Below are positions 29,883-42,700 of a stretch of 64,000 bases of DNA, piece by piece. The translations under genes and the position numbers were made by a program. The notes under the pieces were generated by a model. The model saw only the letters and a program-made list of their open reading frames with translations. It was not told the origin of the DNA and did no database searches. The stretch is from positions 96,001-160,000 of the forward strand of contig JBGAML010000007.1 in the NCBI GenBank assembly GCA_044223005.1. The letters are read 5' to 3'. Origin of the DNA: Candidatus Eiseniibacteriota bacterium. GTDB lineage: Bacteria; Eisenbacteria; RBG-16-71-46. Each line of letters opens with the position of its first letter. The first letter of the stretch is position 1.

Positions 29883-30444
29883 GCGCGCAGCGGCACCCGC
29901 CGCCAAGTCCGCCCGCGCCGCGAAGGCACCGGCCGCGAAGGCGCCCGCCGCGAAGGCCGCGCCGGCCGCGGCCGCGGCCGGGTTCGACCTGCAGGAGCTC
30001 AAGGCGCTGATCCGGCTCGTCCAGCGAACGGGCATCGGCGAACTCGAGCTCACGAACGAAGGCCGCGCCGTGCGCATCTCGGCGACCGCGGCCGCGGGAG
30101 CCGTCGGCATGGTGCCCATGGCCGCTGCGGCGGCGCCACTGGCCCGCGCGGCCGCGCCCGCGGAGGCTCCGGCCGCCGCGCCCGCGCCCGCACCGAGCGG
30201 CAACCAGAAGGCGGTCACCTCGCCCATGGTCGGCACGTTCTACCGCGCGCCCGCTCCGGACGCCGATCCGTTCGTCGAGGTCGGCGACATCGTCGAGGTC
30301 GGGCAGACGGTCTGCATCATCGAAGCGATGAAGCTGATGAACGAGATCGAAGCGGAAATGCGGGGCCGCGTCGTCCAGATCCTGGCCGAGAACGCGCAGC
30401 CCGTGGAGTTCGGGCAGAAGCTCGTCCTGATCGAGCCGGCGTGA
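29866..30444 (+). CDS. accB: Biotin carboxyl carrier protein with Lys/Ala-rich N-terminal extension
   Basis: [18 protein letters not shown]. Confidence 0.95.
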   Translation: MASPRKRAAAPAAKSARAAKAPAAKAPAAKAAPAAAAAGFDLQELKALIRLVQRTGIGELELTNEGRAVRISATAAAGAVGMVPMAAAAAPLARAAAPAEAPAAAPAPAPSGNQKAVTSPMVGTFYRAPAPDADPFVEVGDIVEVGQTVCIIEAMKLMNEIEAEMRGRVVQILAENAQPVEFGQKLVLIEPA

Positions 30445-30496
30445 TCGTCCGGCGCACCGACCGCGCGGGGTCGTCCGCCCGCCGAGCGAGGGTCCG

Positions 30497-31681
30497 ATGA
30501 ACATCCGCAGCGTGCTGGAGAAGATGATCGCCGCGAGGGCGAGCGACCTGCACCTCAAGGCCGGGACGCCGCCCGTCGTGCGCGTGGACGGCGTGCTCTA
30601 CACGCTCGACGAGCCGGCACCGACCGCGCAGGACCTGCGCGAGGTGAGCAACCAGCTCCTCAACGAGGACCAGCGCGTCTACTTCTCCTCCCACAGCGAG
30701 ATCGACTTCGCATTCGGCGTCGCGGGCCTGGCCCGCTTCCGCGCCAACGTCTTCATGCAGCGCGGTACGCCGGCGCTCGCGCTCCGGCACGTGCCCGTCG
30801 AGGTCCCGACGCTGGACGACCTCGGCCTGCCGCCGGTCGTGCGCGACCTGGCGTTCTCGCCCCGCGGTCTGGTGCTGGTCACGGGCCGCACGGGCTCGGG
30901 CAAGTCGACGTCGCTGGCCGCGATGATCGACACGATCAACCGCACCACGACGCGCAACGTGATCACGGTCGAGGACCCGATCGAGTTCCTCCACCGCGAC
31001 CGGCTGTCGTTCATCCACCAGCGCGAGGTCGGTCTCGACACGCAGTCGTTCCACGACGGCCTGCGCTACGTGCTCCGCCAGGATCCCGACATCATCCTGA
31101 TCGGCGAGATCCGCAACCTCGAGACCATGAGCACCGCGCTCATGGCCGCCGACACGGGGCATCTCGTGATGAGCACGCTGCACACGACGGACGTCGTGCA
31201 GAGCATCCAGCGCATCATCTCGTTCTACCCGCCGCACCAGCACGACGAGATCCGCATGTCGTTGGCCGCGAACCTGCGCGCCGTGATCTCGCAGCGCCTG
31301 ATCCCGCGGCGCGACGGCGCCGGCCGCGTGCCCGCCTGCGAGGTGATGGTGAGCACGCCGACGATCCGCGAGTACATCCTGAACGCCGACAAGCTGCCGC
31401 TGATCCATTCGGTGGTCGGCGAGGGCGTGACGCAGTACGGCATGCAGACGTTCGACCAGTCGGTGCTCGCGCTGCTGCGCGAGGGCCTCATCACCGAGGA
31501 AGAGGCGCTCCGGAACTGCAACAACCCGAACGAGCTCAGTCTCAAGCTCAAGGGCATCTCCGCCACCAGCGACCGCACGTGGCAGGCGGTCGAAACCGGT
31601 TCGAGTGAGAAGTCGTCGGGAACGCCGGCCGCCTCCGCGGCCAGCGGCCCGCGGTCGCCGGACTGGATGTCCCGCGAATAG
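30497..31681 (+). CDS. pilT: PilT/PilU-family type IV pilus retraction ATPase
   Basis: ASDLHL, GRTGSGKST, EDPIE, LRQDPD..IGEIR, TGHLVMSTLHT, GMQTFDQ. Confidence 0.9.
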   Translation: MNIRSVLEKMIAARASDLHLKAGTPPVVRVDGVLYTLDEPAPTAQDLREVSNQLLNEDQRVYFSSHSEIDFAFGVAGLARFRANVFMQRGTPALALRHVPVEVPTLDDLGLPPVVRDLAFSPRGLVLVTGRTGSGKSTSLAAMIDTINRTTTRNVITVEDPIEFLHRDRLSFIHQREVGLDTQSFHDGLRYVLRQDPDIILIGEIRNLETMSTALMAADTGHLVMSTLHTTDVVQSIQRIISFYPPHQHDEIRMSLAANLRAVISQRLIPRRDGAGRVPACEVMVSTPTIREYILNADKLPLIHSVVGEGVTQYGMQTFDQSVLALLREGLITEEEALRNCNNPNELSLKLKGISATSDRTWQAVETGSSEKSSGTPAASAASGPRSPDWMSRE

Positions 31682-31705
31682 CTCCAGGAGCCTCCCGAGC
31701 CGCCC

Positions 31706-33075
<1,370 letters not shown>

Positions 33076-33076
<1 letters not shown>

Positions 33077-33786
33077 TGCCCGGCCCGCGCGTTCACGTGG
33101 ACCTCGTCCCGGCGAGTGCGCCGGGCGAGCCGCGCCCGCGCGGCGCGGAGGGCTGGACGGGCGTCGCGATCGACGTGCTGCGCGCCACCTCGACGCTCAC
33201 GCGCGCCAGGGCCAGCGGCGCGGGCGCGATCGTGCCCTGCGCGACGCCGGCCGAGGCGCTGGCGTACCGCGCCGCGCACCCGGGCACGCTGGCCTGCGGC
33301 GAGCGCGGCGGCCGCATCGTGGACGGCTTCGACCTGGGCAACTCGCCGTTCGAGTACGAGCGCGAACGGGTCGAGGGCCGCACCCTGGCCTTCGCGTCCA
33401 CGAACGGCTCCATGGCGATGCGCGCGCTGCGCGAGTGCCGCACGCGCAAGCTGGCGGCGTTCGTCAACGCGACCGCCGCGGTCCGCGCGCTGGCGGGAGA
33501 GGCCCGCGTCTGGATCGTCTGCGCCGGCAAGGAGGGCGCCTTCGCCCTCGAGGACGCCGCCTGCGCCGGGTGGCTCGTGCGCGCGCTGCTCGCCGCCGGA
33601 GGCGAACCCGCCAACGCCGCCGCCCGCCTCGCCGAAACCCTGGCCCCCAAGGACGCCGACGGAGTCCGAGCCACCGTCGAAGGCGCCGACCACGCGCGGT
33701 ACCTCGACAGCCTGGGCCCCGACTACGCCCGCGACGTCACCTGGTGCGCGACCCTGGACGCGTTGGACCACGTGTCCGACTTCTAG
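33076..33786 (+). CDS. comB: 2-phosphosulfolactate phosphatase family protein
   Basis: IDVLRATST, GERGG..GFDLGNSP, STNGS, LEDAACAG. Confidence 0.9.
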
Positions 33787-33848
33787 CGGTCTCGACCGGC
33801 ATCTGTTCGCCAGCGTCGTCGCTCGCTCCCCAGAACCCGGTCCCGAAA

Positions 33849-34024
33849 GTCGGCCCCGCCCCACCGGTGGCCGTCAGCCACTCGCGTTCCGCGGCCCGTT
33901 CGGTTCGGCATCCTGCCTCACCTCACTGCATCCAGGCGACGCTCCCGCCATCCCTGGCTCCGCGTCGCCTCGGACGCACCGCCGAACGAGAGTGGTGGTA
34001 TCCCGCCGGTGGGGCGGGGCCGAC
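33849..34024. repeat. Palindromic REP/MITE-like element between convergent genes
   Basis: Perfect 19-bp inverted repeat GTCGGCCCCGCCCCACCGG with nested inner stems. Confidence 0.7.
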
Positions 34025-34094
34025 GTTCGCTGTCGGGCTTTGGCGGCGGTGCGGCCAACGCGTGCGCGAAGGTCTTGGCTCGACGCTGCGGAGT

Positions 34095-35174
34095 TCAGCT
34101 CCGCTGCGCCTGGCGCATCATGATCAGGCCCATCGTGCCGAACAGCGCGTCGCCCATCCAGGCCGCCACGTAGGGCGGCAGCGCGCCGTTGTGGCCCAGC
34201 GCCTGGCCCGCGCGCATCACGCCGTAGTAGACGAACGAGATCGCCACCGAGAGCCCGAAGCCCAGCGCCGCGCTCTGCATGCGCAGGCGCGTCGCCATCG
34301 CGCCGCCGATCATCACGACCACGATGCAGATGACCGGGAACGCGAGCTTGAGGTGCAGGTCCACGAGGTAGTTCGCCACTCGGGCGCCGCTCGCGCGCAG
34401 GCGTTCCACGTAGCGGTGCAGCTCGAGGAAGTTCATCTCGTCGGGCTGCACGTCCTCCTTGGCGAAGTCCTGCGGGCGTTCGGCCAGGCCGCCCACCGCC
34501 ATGCGCTGGAACGGCTCCGCCTTCTCCTTGCCGCGCTCGAACGTGCGCAGGTAGCCCGACGTGAACACCCAGCGGCCGCCGTCCCACGTCGCCTCGGCGG
34601 CGTCGATCCGGCGCCAGAGCGCGCCCGAGCGGAATTCCTGCAGCGACACCTCGTGCATGCGCTTCTCGTTCACGAGGTAGAGCCGCGTGTACCAGATGCG
34701 GCCGCCCTCGCCGAGGTACGTGATGTCGGCGCGTTCGCTCTGGCCGATCGTGTTCATGTGCTGGATGCGCTCGTTGTAGATCGTGTCGCGGGTGCGCGTC
34801 GCGCTCGGCACCACGAGTTCGCCCAGCGCCAGCGAGGCCAGCGCGCAGAGCACCGCCACGCCGAAGACCGGCACCATGATCCGGATCAGCGAGATGCCGG
34901 CCGCGCGCATCGCGGTCAGCTCGCCGAACTTGTTGAGCTGGCCCAGCGCGAGGAACGTGGCCAGCAGCAGCGCCACCGGCAGCACCTTCACCACGATGTC
35001 CGGCGCGAGGTTGCCGTAGTACTCGAGGATCAGCGCCAGCGGCGCGCGGTGGTCGAGGAACACGTCGATCTTCTCGACGACGTCGACGACCACGAAAATG
35101 ACGATGAAGCCCACGAGCCCGAGCACCAGGTAGCCGGCGAACTCGCGCAGGAGATAGCGGTCGAGGATCCTCAC
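34095..35174 (-). CDS. lptG: LPS export ABC transporter permease LptG
   Basis: ILDRYLLREF, GELTAMRAAGIS, LPPYVAAW; follows lptF. Confidence 0.88.
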   Translation of the reverse strand: MRILDRYLLREFAGYLVLGLVGFIVIFVVVDVVEKIDVFLDHRAPLALILEYYGNLAPDIVVKVLPVALLLATFLALGQLNKFGELTAMRAAGISLIRIMVPVFGVAVLCALASLALGELVVPSATRTRDTIYNERIQHMNTIGQSERADITYLGEGGRIWYTRLYLVNEKRMHEVSLQEFRSGALWRRIDAAEATWDGGRWVFTSGYLRTFERGKEKAEPFQRMAVGGLAERPQDFAKEDVQPDEMNFLELHRYVERLRASGARVANYLVDLHLKLAFPVICIVVVMIGGAMATRLRMQSAALGFGLSVAISFVYYGVMRAGQALGHNGALPPYVAAWMGDALFGTMGLIMMRQAQRS

Positions 35175-36580
35175 GCCGCGGCCTCCCGCGGGGTCGGGTC
35201 CGGGGTGCCGGTGCGCGGTACGCGCGGCTGGCGGCGGTGCCACGGCAGCACGATGTCGCAGGCGCGCGCGGTCAGGTCGAGGCCGAGCAGGCCCAGCACG
35301 AGGTTCGCGAGCCACATCGCGAACCATGCCGGCAGGATGAGCCGGTTGGCCAGCTCCTCGCCGACCACGAGGCACGCGTAGTAGAAGAGGAAGAACCCGA
35401 TCGACATGAACGCGACCGCCGGTCCGCCGCGCTTGACGCGCATGCCGATCGGGGCGCCGATCAGCACGAACACGATGCACGCTGCGGGCAGGGCGAACTT
35501 CTTGTGGATCTCGACCGAGAGGCTGGCCATGCGCTTGAGCAGCGCCCCGCGCTCCATCTTCCAGAGGTCGGCTTCGACGGCGAGATCGGGGTGCGCCTTC
35601 ACGATCGGCGCCAGCGCGTCGCCCTTGTTCGCCATCGCCGTCCACAGGATCGCGAGCCGCGTGCGCCACGGCGCGCGCTCGGGCGCCAGCGCCTGCACCT
35701 GCTTCGGCAGCAGCCCCGAGGCGCGGAAGCGCTGCAGGCGCTGCTGGTAGGAGCGCTCGTACTGCGCGGCCACCTCGGCGCGCTCGTCGAGCAGCATGCG
35801 CGCGCTCTTCTCGCGATCGCCGCGCGAGGAGCGCACCGACCGCTCGAGCATGCCGCCCGCGCCCTGGATGAAGATCGTGTGGCGCTTGAACGACAGCCGG
35901 TGGTAGCGGCGCGCGTCGCCGGCCTCGGCCTGGATCTCGTGGATCTCGCCGTCCTTGAGCTCGATCACCGCGGTGCGTCCGTCCGGCGTGTAGGTGAGGA
36001 ATCCCGAATGGGCGAGGATCGTGGTCGGCGGGCCACCGGCGTTCATCTGGTAGATGGTCACGCCGCGCATCTCGTTGGTGTGGCCGTTCACCGACTGCAC
36101 CAGCAGGTTGTACCCCGGCAGGTCGGTGATGAACACGCCCTCCTGGAGCTTCACCGTCGGGCGCATGCGGTGGATGTCCACCAGCAGGTTGGCGAACGCG
36201 TGGTTCGCCTCCGGGTAGACGTAGTTGTTGAAGAGCGTCAAGCCACCTGCGAGGAGGACCGAGACCAGCAGCGAAGGCAGGATGGCCCGGAACAGGTGCA
36301 CGCCACTCGCGCGCAGGGCCGTGATCTCGTTGTCCTGGGACAGCCGGCCGAAGGTCATGAGCTCGGCCACGAGCACGGCGCAGGGCACGGAGAGGGCCAC
36401 CACGAAGCCCAGGGACAGCACGAAGAGCTGCAGCACGGCTCCGACCGGGACGCCCCGGTTGATGACCAGGTCGAGGTACTCGAACAGGACGTCCATCTCG
36501 AAGATGAACGTGACCACCCCGAAACCGATCAGGAACGGAACCAAGTGCTGTCGCAGGATGTACCACGGCAGGATCTTCAC
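35171..36580 (-). CDS. lptF: LPS export ABC transporter permease LptF
   Basis: KILPWYIL, FGRLSQDNEITALRASG, VEIHKKFALP; GTG start at 36580. Confidence 0.88.
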   Translation of the reverse strand: MKILPWYILRQHLVPFLIGFGVVTFIFEMDVLFEYLDLVINRGVPVGAVLQLFVLSLGFVVALSVPCAVLVAELMTFGRLSQDNEITALRASGVHLFRAILPSLLVSVLLAGGLTLFNNYVYPEANHAFANLLVDIHRMRPTVKLQEGVFITDLPGYNLLVQSVNGHTNEMRGVTIYQMNAGGPPTTILAHSGFLTYTPDGRTAVIELKDGEIHEIQAEAGDARRYHRLSFKRHTIFIQGAGGMLERSVRSSRGDREKSARMLLDERAEVAAQYERSYQQRLQRFRASGLLPKQVQALAPERAPWRTRLAILWTAMANKGDALAPIVKAHPDLAVEADLWKMERGALLKRMASLSVEIHKKFALPAACIVFVLIGAPIGMRVKRGGPAVAFMSIGFFLFYYACLVVGEELANRLILPAWFAMWLANLVLGLLGLDLTARACDIVLPWHRRQPRVPRTGTPDPTPREAAA

Positions 36581-36713
36581 GGCGGGGCAGACTACCCCAT
36601 GACCGCCCCATGCCGCACCCGGCCCCGGCAAACACTTTGACCGGCCCGGAGCGGGCTTGATACGGTCAGCGTTCCTGCTCGCGCTCCCCGGCCGGGCGCC
36701 CCGCTAGGCGAGA

Positions 36714-39700
36714 ATGACGACCCTGACGTTGCCCGCATTCGCGTTCCTGATGGCGATTTCCGGGATTCCGGGCGCGAAGGCGCTGCCCTGGTTCCGGGGG
36801 ATCGCGCATCACAAGCCGCGCCTGACGGCCGCAGATTCCCTGCCTCCGCAGTGGAAGACCGCGTCCCGCCTGGCGCTCGAGCACGATTTCGTGCGCGCGG
36901 GACTCCCGGGCACCGACTGGGACAGCCGGCTGCGGTTCAAGGTCAGCCCGTCGTACGACCCCCGCAAGTTCAAGACGAGCGTCGAGCCCGACTCGGGCTA
37001 CCTGCGGGGCACCGTCGAGGTGGGGGATCTCACCCTCGGCCGGCCCTACCGCGTCGGCCTGCAGGACTTCGGCAGCCGGACGATGCAGCGTTCGTTCGCT
37101 GATGCCTGGCGTGAGCGCTCGCGCAACAACCTGAACAACCTCGCCGGCCGTTCGTCCGGGCAGACCCAGCGCACCGGCCTCTCGCTGCCGATCCCGGTGC
37201 AGCTGCCGCCGGTGGTGACGAGCATCCTCGGGCCTGGTGGGCCGGCGCTCAATGTCTCGGGCTCGGAGAGCATCCGGCTCTCGGGCACGAGCAATTGGAG
37301 CAGCCAGCAGGTCGGCGTGCTCGGCCAGAGCCGCTCGCTGTTCCCATCGCTCGACATGCAGCAGGACCTCAACATTCAGCTCGAGGGCCAGCTCTCGGAC
37401 CGGGTGAAGGTGAACCTGCTGCAGAACTCGGCGAACCAGATCCCGCTCTCCAATCGCATCGCCATCAACTACAAGGGCGAGGAGGACGACCTCGTCCAGG
37501 CGCTCGACCTCGGCAACACGAGTCTCGCGCTGCCCGGCACGCAGTACGTCTCGTACAGCGGCCAGAACGAAGGCCTCTTCGGCGTCAAGCTCGCCACGCG
37601 CGTCGGGCCGCTCGACTGGACGGTGCTCGCGAGCAAGCAGGAGGGCCGCAGCGAGCGCGCGTCGTACTCCGGCGGCGCCTCGGTGCAGTCGCAGATGCTG
37701 GCGGACATGGAGTACGACAAGGGCCGCTACTTCCTGCTCTACGATCCGCAGTTCGGCCTCGTGGACATCTCGGACACCGACCTGCAGCTCTTCCGCGACG
37801 ACGCCAACTACAGCAACGACCAGAACACCGTCCCGGGCAAGGCCTACGTCGATCCGCTCGGCGTGATGGGCGTGCCGGTGCCGTCGGGCACGGACACGGC
37901 CGCGGTGCGCGGGCGCTTCGACCTGCTGCGCGCGCCCGACGACTACGAGATCCTGCAGAACTACTACCTGTTCGGCGACGGCTCGGGGAAGACGGTCAAG
38001 CTCAAGATCATCCGCATGAAGCAGCCGCTCACGGGCGAGATGGCGCTGGCGGCGATCTATCGCGGCACGATCTTCCCGACGGGCGGCACGATCGACATCG
38101 GCAGCGTGACCGGCGAGCGGCTCGGCCCCGCGGCCGGCGCGGATTCGAGCCGGCTGGTGATGAAGCTCCTGCGCGCGCCGCGCTCGCTGCTGCGCGCGCC
38201 CGCAGGCACCACCGACCTCAACACCGCGCTCTACGACACGACCGCGGCGTTCGACCTCACGCGCGAGCTGGAGATGAAGAACTTCTACCAGCTCTCCGGC
38301 TACCAGATCGATCCCAAGAGCTTCAAGCTCTCGATCCAGCGTACGACCGCGAGCCCGGCGCAGAACTACGCCCGGCTCGCCGACGCGACGCAGGTGAACT
38401 ACCTCGAAATGGCCGGCCTCGACGTGTGGGACGAGTCGCAGACGACCGCGACGCTCGGCCACGACGGCAAGGTGGACGGCCAGGGCTACGGCTCCGGCAT
38501 CGCGCCGGTGATCGACTACAACAACGGCGTGGTGTGGTTCCCCGACCCGCGGCCGTTCGCGCCGCGGCTCAGCGGTCCCTCGACGCACGCGTTCGACGTC
38601 AGCGTCGCGGGCAGCCTGCCCCGCCGGCTGCACTTCGTGGGTAGCCCGATCACGGCGAGCGGCGACCAGGGCGCCGCCTCGGACAGCGCGGCCAATCCGC
38701 TCATCTACGACAAGTACAACCCCGACCGCACACAGGACCCGCGCTACTACATCCTCGCGGAGTTCGCGGGCCAGCGCGGCGGCGGCGAGATCACGCTCGG
38801 CCGCGGCAACCTGCTGCAGGGCTCGGACGTGGTCACGGTCAACGGCGAGCGCTGGACGCGCGACCGCGACTACACCGTGGACTACGACCTCGGCCGCATC
38901 TCGCTCAAGCGCAACCTCGGGCCCACGGACCAGCTCAACATCGACTACTCGTACGCACCGCTCTTCGCGCAGGCCGGCAAGACGCTGCTCGGGTCGGCAT
39001 TCCAGCTCGAGGGGCGCGAGCGCGGGCTCGGCGGCGCCTTCCTCTACGAGAGCCGCGGCGCGCAGGACCTGCGTCCGCGCATCGGCGAGGAGCCCTCGCG
39101 CACGCTGATCACCGACCTCAACACGCACTACCAGCTGCGGCCCAACTTCCTCACGCGGCTCGCCGACCACCTGCCGGGCGTGCGCACGTCGACGCCGTCC
39201 GAGATCAACATCCAGGCCGAAGGCGGCATGTCGTTCCCGAACCCGAACACCAAGAACGAGGTCTACATCGAGGACGCCGAGGGTGTCCGCGACGCGATCT
39301 CGCTCACGTTCGGCGTCGACCGCTGGAAGCTCTCGAGCGTGCCGACCCTCGCCGACAGCACGACCCCGGGACGGCAGGCGCTCTTCACGCGTTCGCTGCT
39401 CGCCGACAGCCTGCACTCGCACAACGCCGAGGTGCACTGGTACGTGCCGACGAACGCGGTCAAGGAAGGCGATCTCAAGCCCACGCTGCAGGACAAGAAC
39501 CAGCTGCAGTCGCCGCACACCTCGCTGGCGCTCTCGGTGCCGCGGTTCCCCAAGTCCTACGCCGCGGGCGATTCGCTCTGGTTCGGGCTCACCTACACGC
39601 TCGACCAGCAGGGCCTCGACCTGTCGCGCTCGCAGTTCATCGAGGTCTGGGTCAACGATTTCAACGACCACCACGATCCCAGCCACCCGCAGCCGCTGGT

Positions 39701-42700
39701 GCGTGGCGCGCACGCGCGGCTGCACATCGACCTCGGCGTCGTCTCCGAGGACATGATGCGGGCGCCCAACCGGCTGCCCAACAGCCTGCTCGACACCGAG
39801 GACCAGGTGCGCGGCGGCCTGCGCGATCACGAACTCACCGTGTCCGGCAACATCGACGAGGACACGGGCTACGACGGGCTCAAGGACAAGGAAGAGCCCG
39901 GCTACCAGGCGTCGTCGTTCACGTGGGCCGATCTCTCGACCGCGCGCGACGTGGATCCGGAGGGCGACGACTACCGCGAGCCGGACCAGAAGTACCACGA
40001 CATCGACGCGCGCAAGTGGGCGGGCGGTGACGGCAGCGTCGACGGCACGGAAGGCAACAAGAAGATCTTCCCGTACACCGACACCGAAGACCTGAACCTC
40101 AACGACCACCTGGACACGAAGGAAGACTACTTCGAATACACGATCGACCTCGGCGACAGCGCGAGCAGCTACATGCTGACCGACGTCCAGAACGACCCGC
40201 GCTTCCGCGGGCTGCCGAACGTGACGGTGGACAACGGCTGGCGGCTCTACCGCATCCCGATCGCCGACGGGCAGCGCGTGCAGTTCGGGCAGCCCGACCT
40301 CACGATCGCGCGCCACGTTCGCGTGTGGGTGGACGGCCTCAAGGACCACGACGTCCAGACCGGCACCGAGTACCGGCCGACGCTCATGCTGGGCGGGCTC
40401 GACATCGTGGGCAACCGCTGGCAGCAGGCGGTGCTCACGCCGCGCCAGCGCGGCACGATCGGCACCACGATGACGCTGAACTCGATCAACTCCCAGGACA
40501 ACTCCGACAAGTACGTGACCCCGTTCGACCCGGGCAAGGCGCTGTCGGGCAACCAGGCATCGACGCGGCGCGAGCAGTCGCTGAGCCTCGAGTTCACGAA
40601 CCTCGCCGCGGGCGACACGCTCGAGGCCTACCGCACGTTCTCGGTGGACGAGGACTACACGCGCTACGGCGCGCTGAGCTGGTACGCGGCCGGGTTCGAG
40701 GTGCAGGGCTACGACGCGACCCGCGACTCGCTCGAGTACTTCGTCCGCTTCTCGTCGGACGAGCGCGGGGACGGCTACTACGAGGTCAAGCGCAAGCTGC
40801 CCAGGAACTCGGTCGCGCTGGACATCGGCTGGGAGAAGGTGAACGCGGCGCTGAACGAGATCTCGAACTTCAAGCTGCTGACGGACTACCCGAAGGTCGA
40901 CCCGATCCTCTACCGCGTGGCCTACGGCGACGCCGGCGACTCGATCATCATTCGCGGCCGGCCGTCGTTCACGCGTCTGCGGCGCATCTCGATCGGGCTC
41001 ATCAACGAGCACGCCGGGGGCGATTCGGTGGGCCGCATGTATCCGGCGGGGCAGCTGTGGTTCGACGAGCTGCGCGCCACGGACGTGAAGAAGGACGTCG
41101 GCATCGCCAACCGCGTCTCGGTCGGCGGTCACATCGCCAACCTCGCCAGCTTCAACGTGGCGTGGAACTCGCGCGACGCGGACTTCCTGAGCGTCGGCGA
41201 AACGCGCGGCTCGGGCAGCCGCACGACCAACCTCGCGGTCACGTCGTCGGTCGACACGCACCGCTTCTTCGAGGGCACGGGCATCCAGCTGCCCGTGAGC
41301 ATGGTCTACAGCAAGGGCGTCACGAAACCGCGCTTCACGGCGGGCGACGACGTCGTGCGCACCGGTGCGCAGCAGGAGGCGAGCCAGTCCAACAGCACGT
41401 CGCGCAGCATCTCGACGACGTATTCGCGCGTCTGGAGCGAACGCTCGAATCCGCTCCTGCGCTACACGATCGGCGGCGTGACCGCGAGCGGCAGCCGCAC
41501 GGTCGCCGACGCCATCGGGCCGACCGGCAAGAGCAGCAACACGAGTACGACCAAGGCCGTCAACTGGACGGTCGCGCCCCGGTCGCTGCTGGCGCTGCCG
41601 GTGGGCCTGAAGAAGCTGAAGTTCTATCCGCTGCCGGAGCGCGTGTCGGCCTCGTACCTGAGCACCGAGAGCCACAACTCGACCTACGTGCGCGACGTTT
41701 CGGACCCGACGGCCTTCCAGCTCAGCAGCGACGCCGGCGGCCGCATCGCGGGGCTGGACCTGAGCGCGGATTCGCGGCCGTTCGACTTCATCTCGCACCA
41801 CGTGGACGCGCATCGCGCGCTGACGCTGTCCAACGTGCCGCTGCAGCACCTCGGGTTCCTCAACTTCGGGCGCACGACGTCGTGGCGGCAGACGCTCGGC
41901 ACGCGCTACACGCTCCAGGCGCTGCCGTTCGTGCGGCCCTCGTTCAACTACGGCTCGGGCTACTCGACCAGCGCCGACCTGCAGTCGGCCAACCTGTCGG
42001 TGCACTCGATCGGCAACAACCGCAACATCCAGATGACGATGGACCTGCCCTTCGACCAGCTCACGCGTGGCATGGCCGCGGCGCGCCTGGCGGCGCCCGC
42101 GAAGCCGGACTCGGGCGCGGCCCCCGCGGCGCCGAAGCGGACGCCGCTGCCCTGGCGGCAGCTGCTGGCGCGGCTCGGCAGCATCCAGACGGACTATTCG
42201 CTCAACCGCACGTCGAGCTTCTCGCGCCTGGTCGGCAACCCGAACCCCGCGTACCTGATCGGCCTCAGCACGAACCCCGGCCTCGACGATCCGTCGCGCC
42301 TCTACGCGGCGGCGGGCAACACGTCGGCCGACGGCGTCGACTGGCGCGCGAACGCGCGCACGCGCATCCAGGTGCTCTACGGCAGCGGCGTGAACGCGCG
42401 CGCGAGCTTCGGCGACCGCACGCAGACGATGAACGGCGTCGCCACGCGCACGGCCGACACGCGCTTCCCGGACCTCGACTTCGACTTCGGCAAGCTCGCC
42501 GACGTGCTCAAGATCGGCAAGTTCCTGAACCAGCCGCAGCTGCGCACGGGGTGGACGCACCAGACCAGCACCGACTACCGCGGCAGCAGCACGAACAAGC
42601 AGGGCAGCTCGACGAGCAACGAGTTCCGGCCGCTGCTCTCGGTGCGCGGCGCGCTCAAGAACGGCACGCAGGCGGACCTGAGCGTCAACTACCGCGGCAC

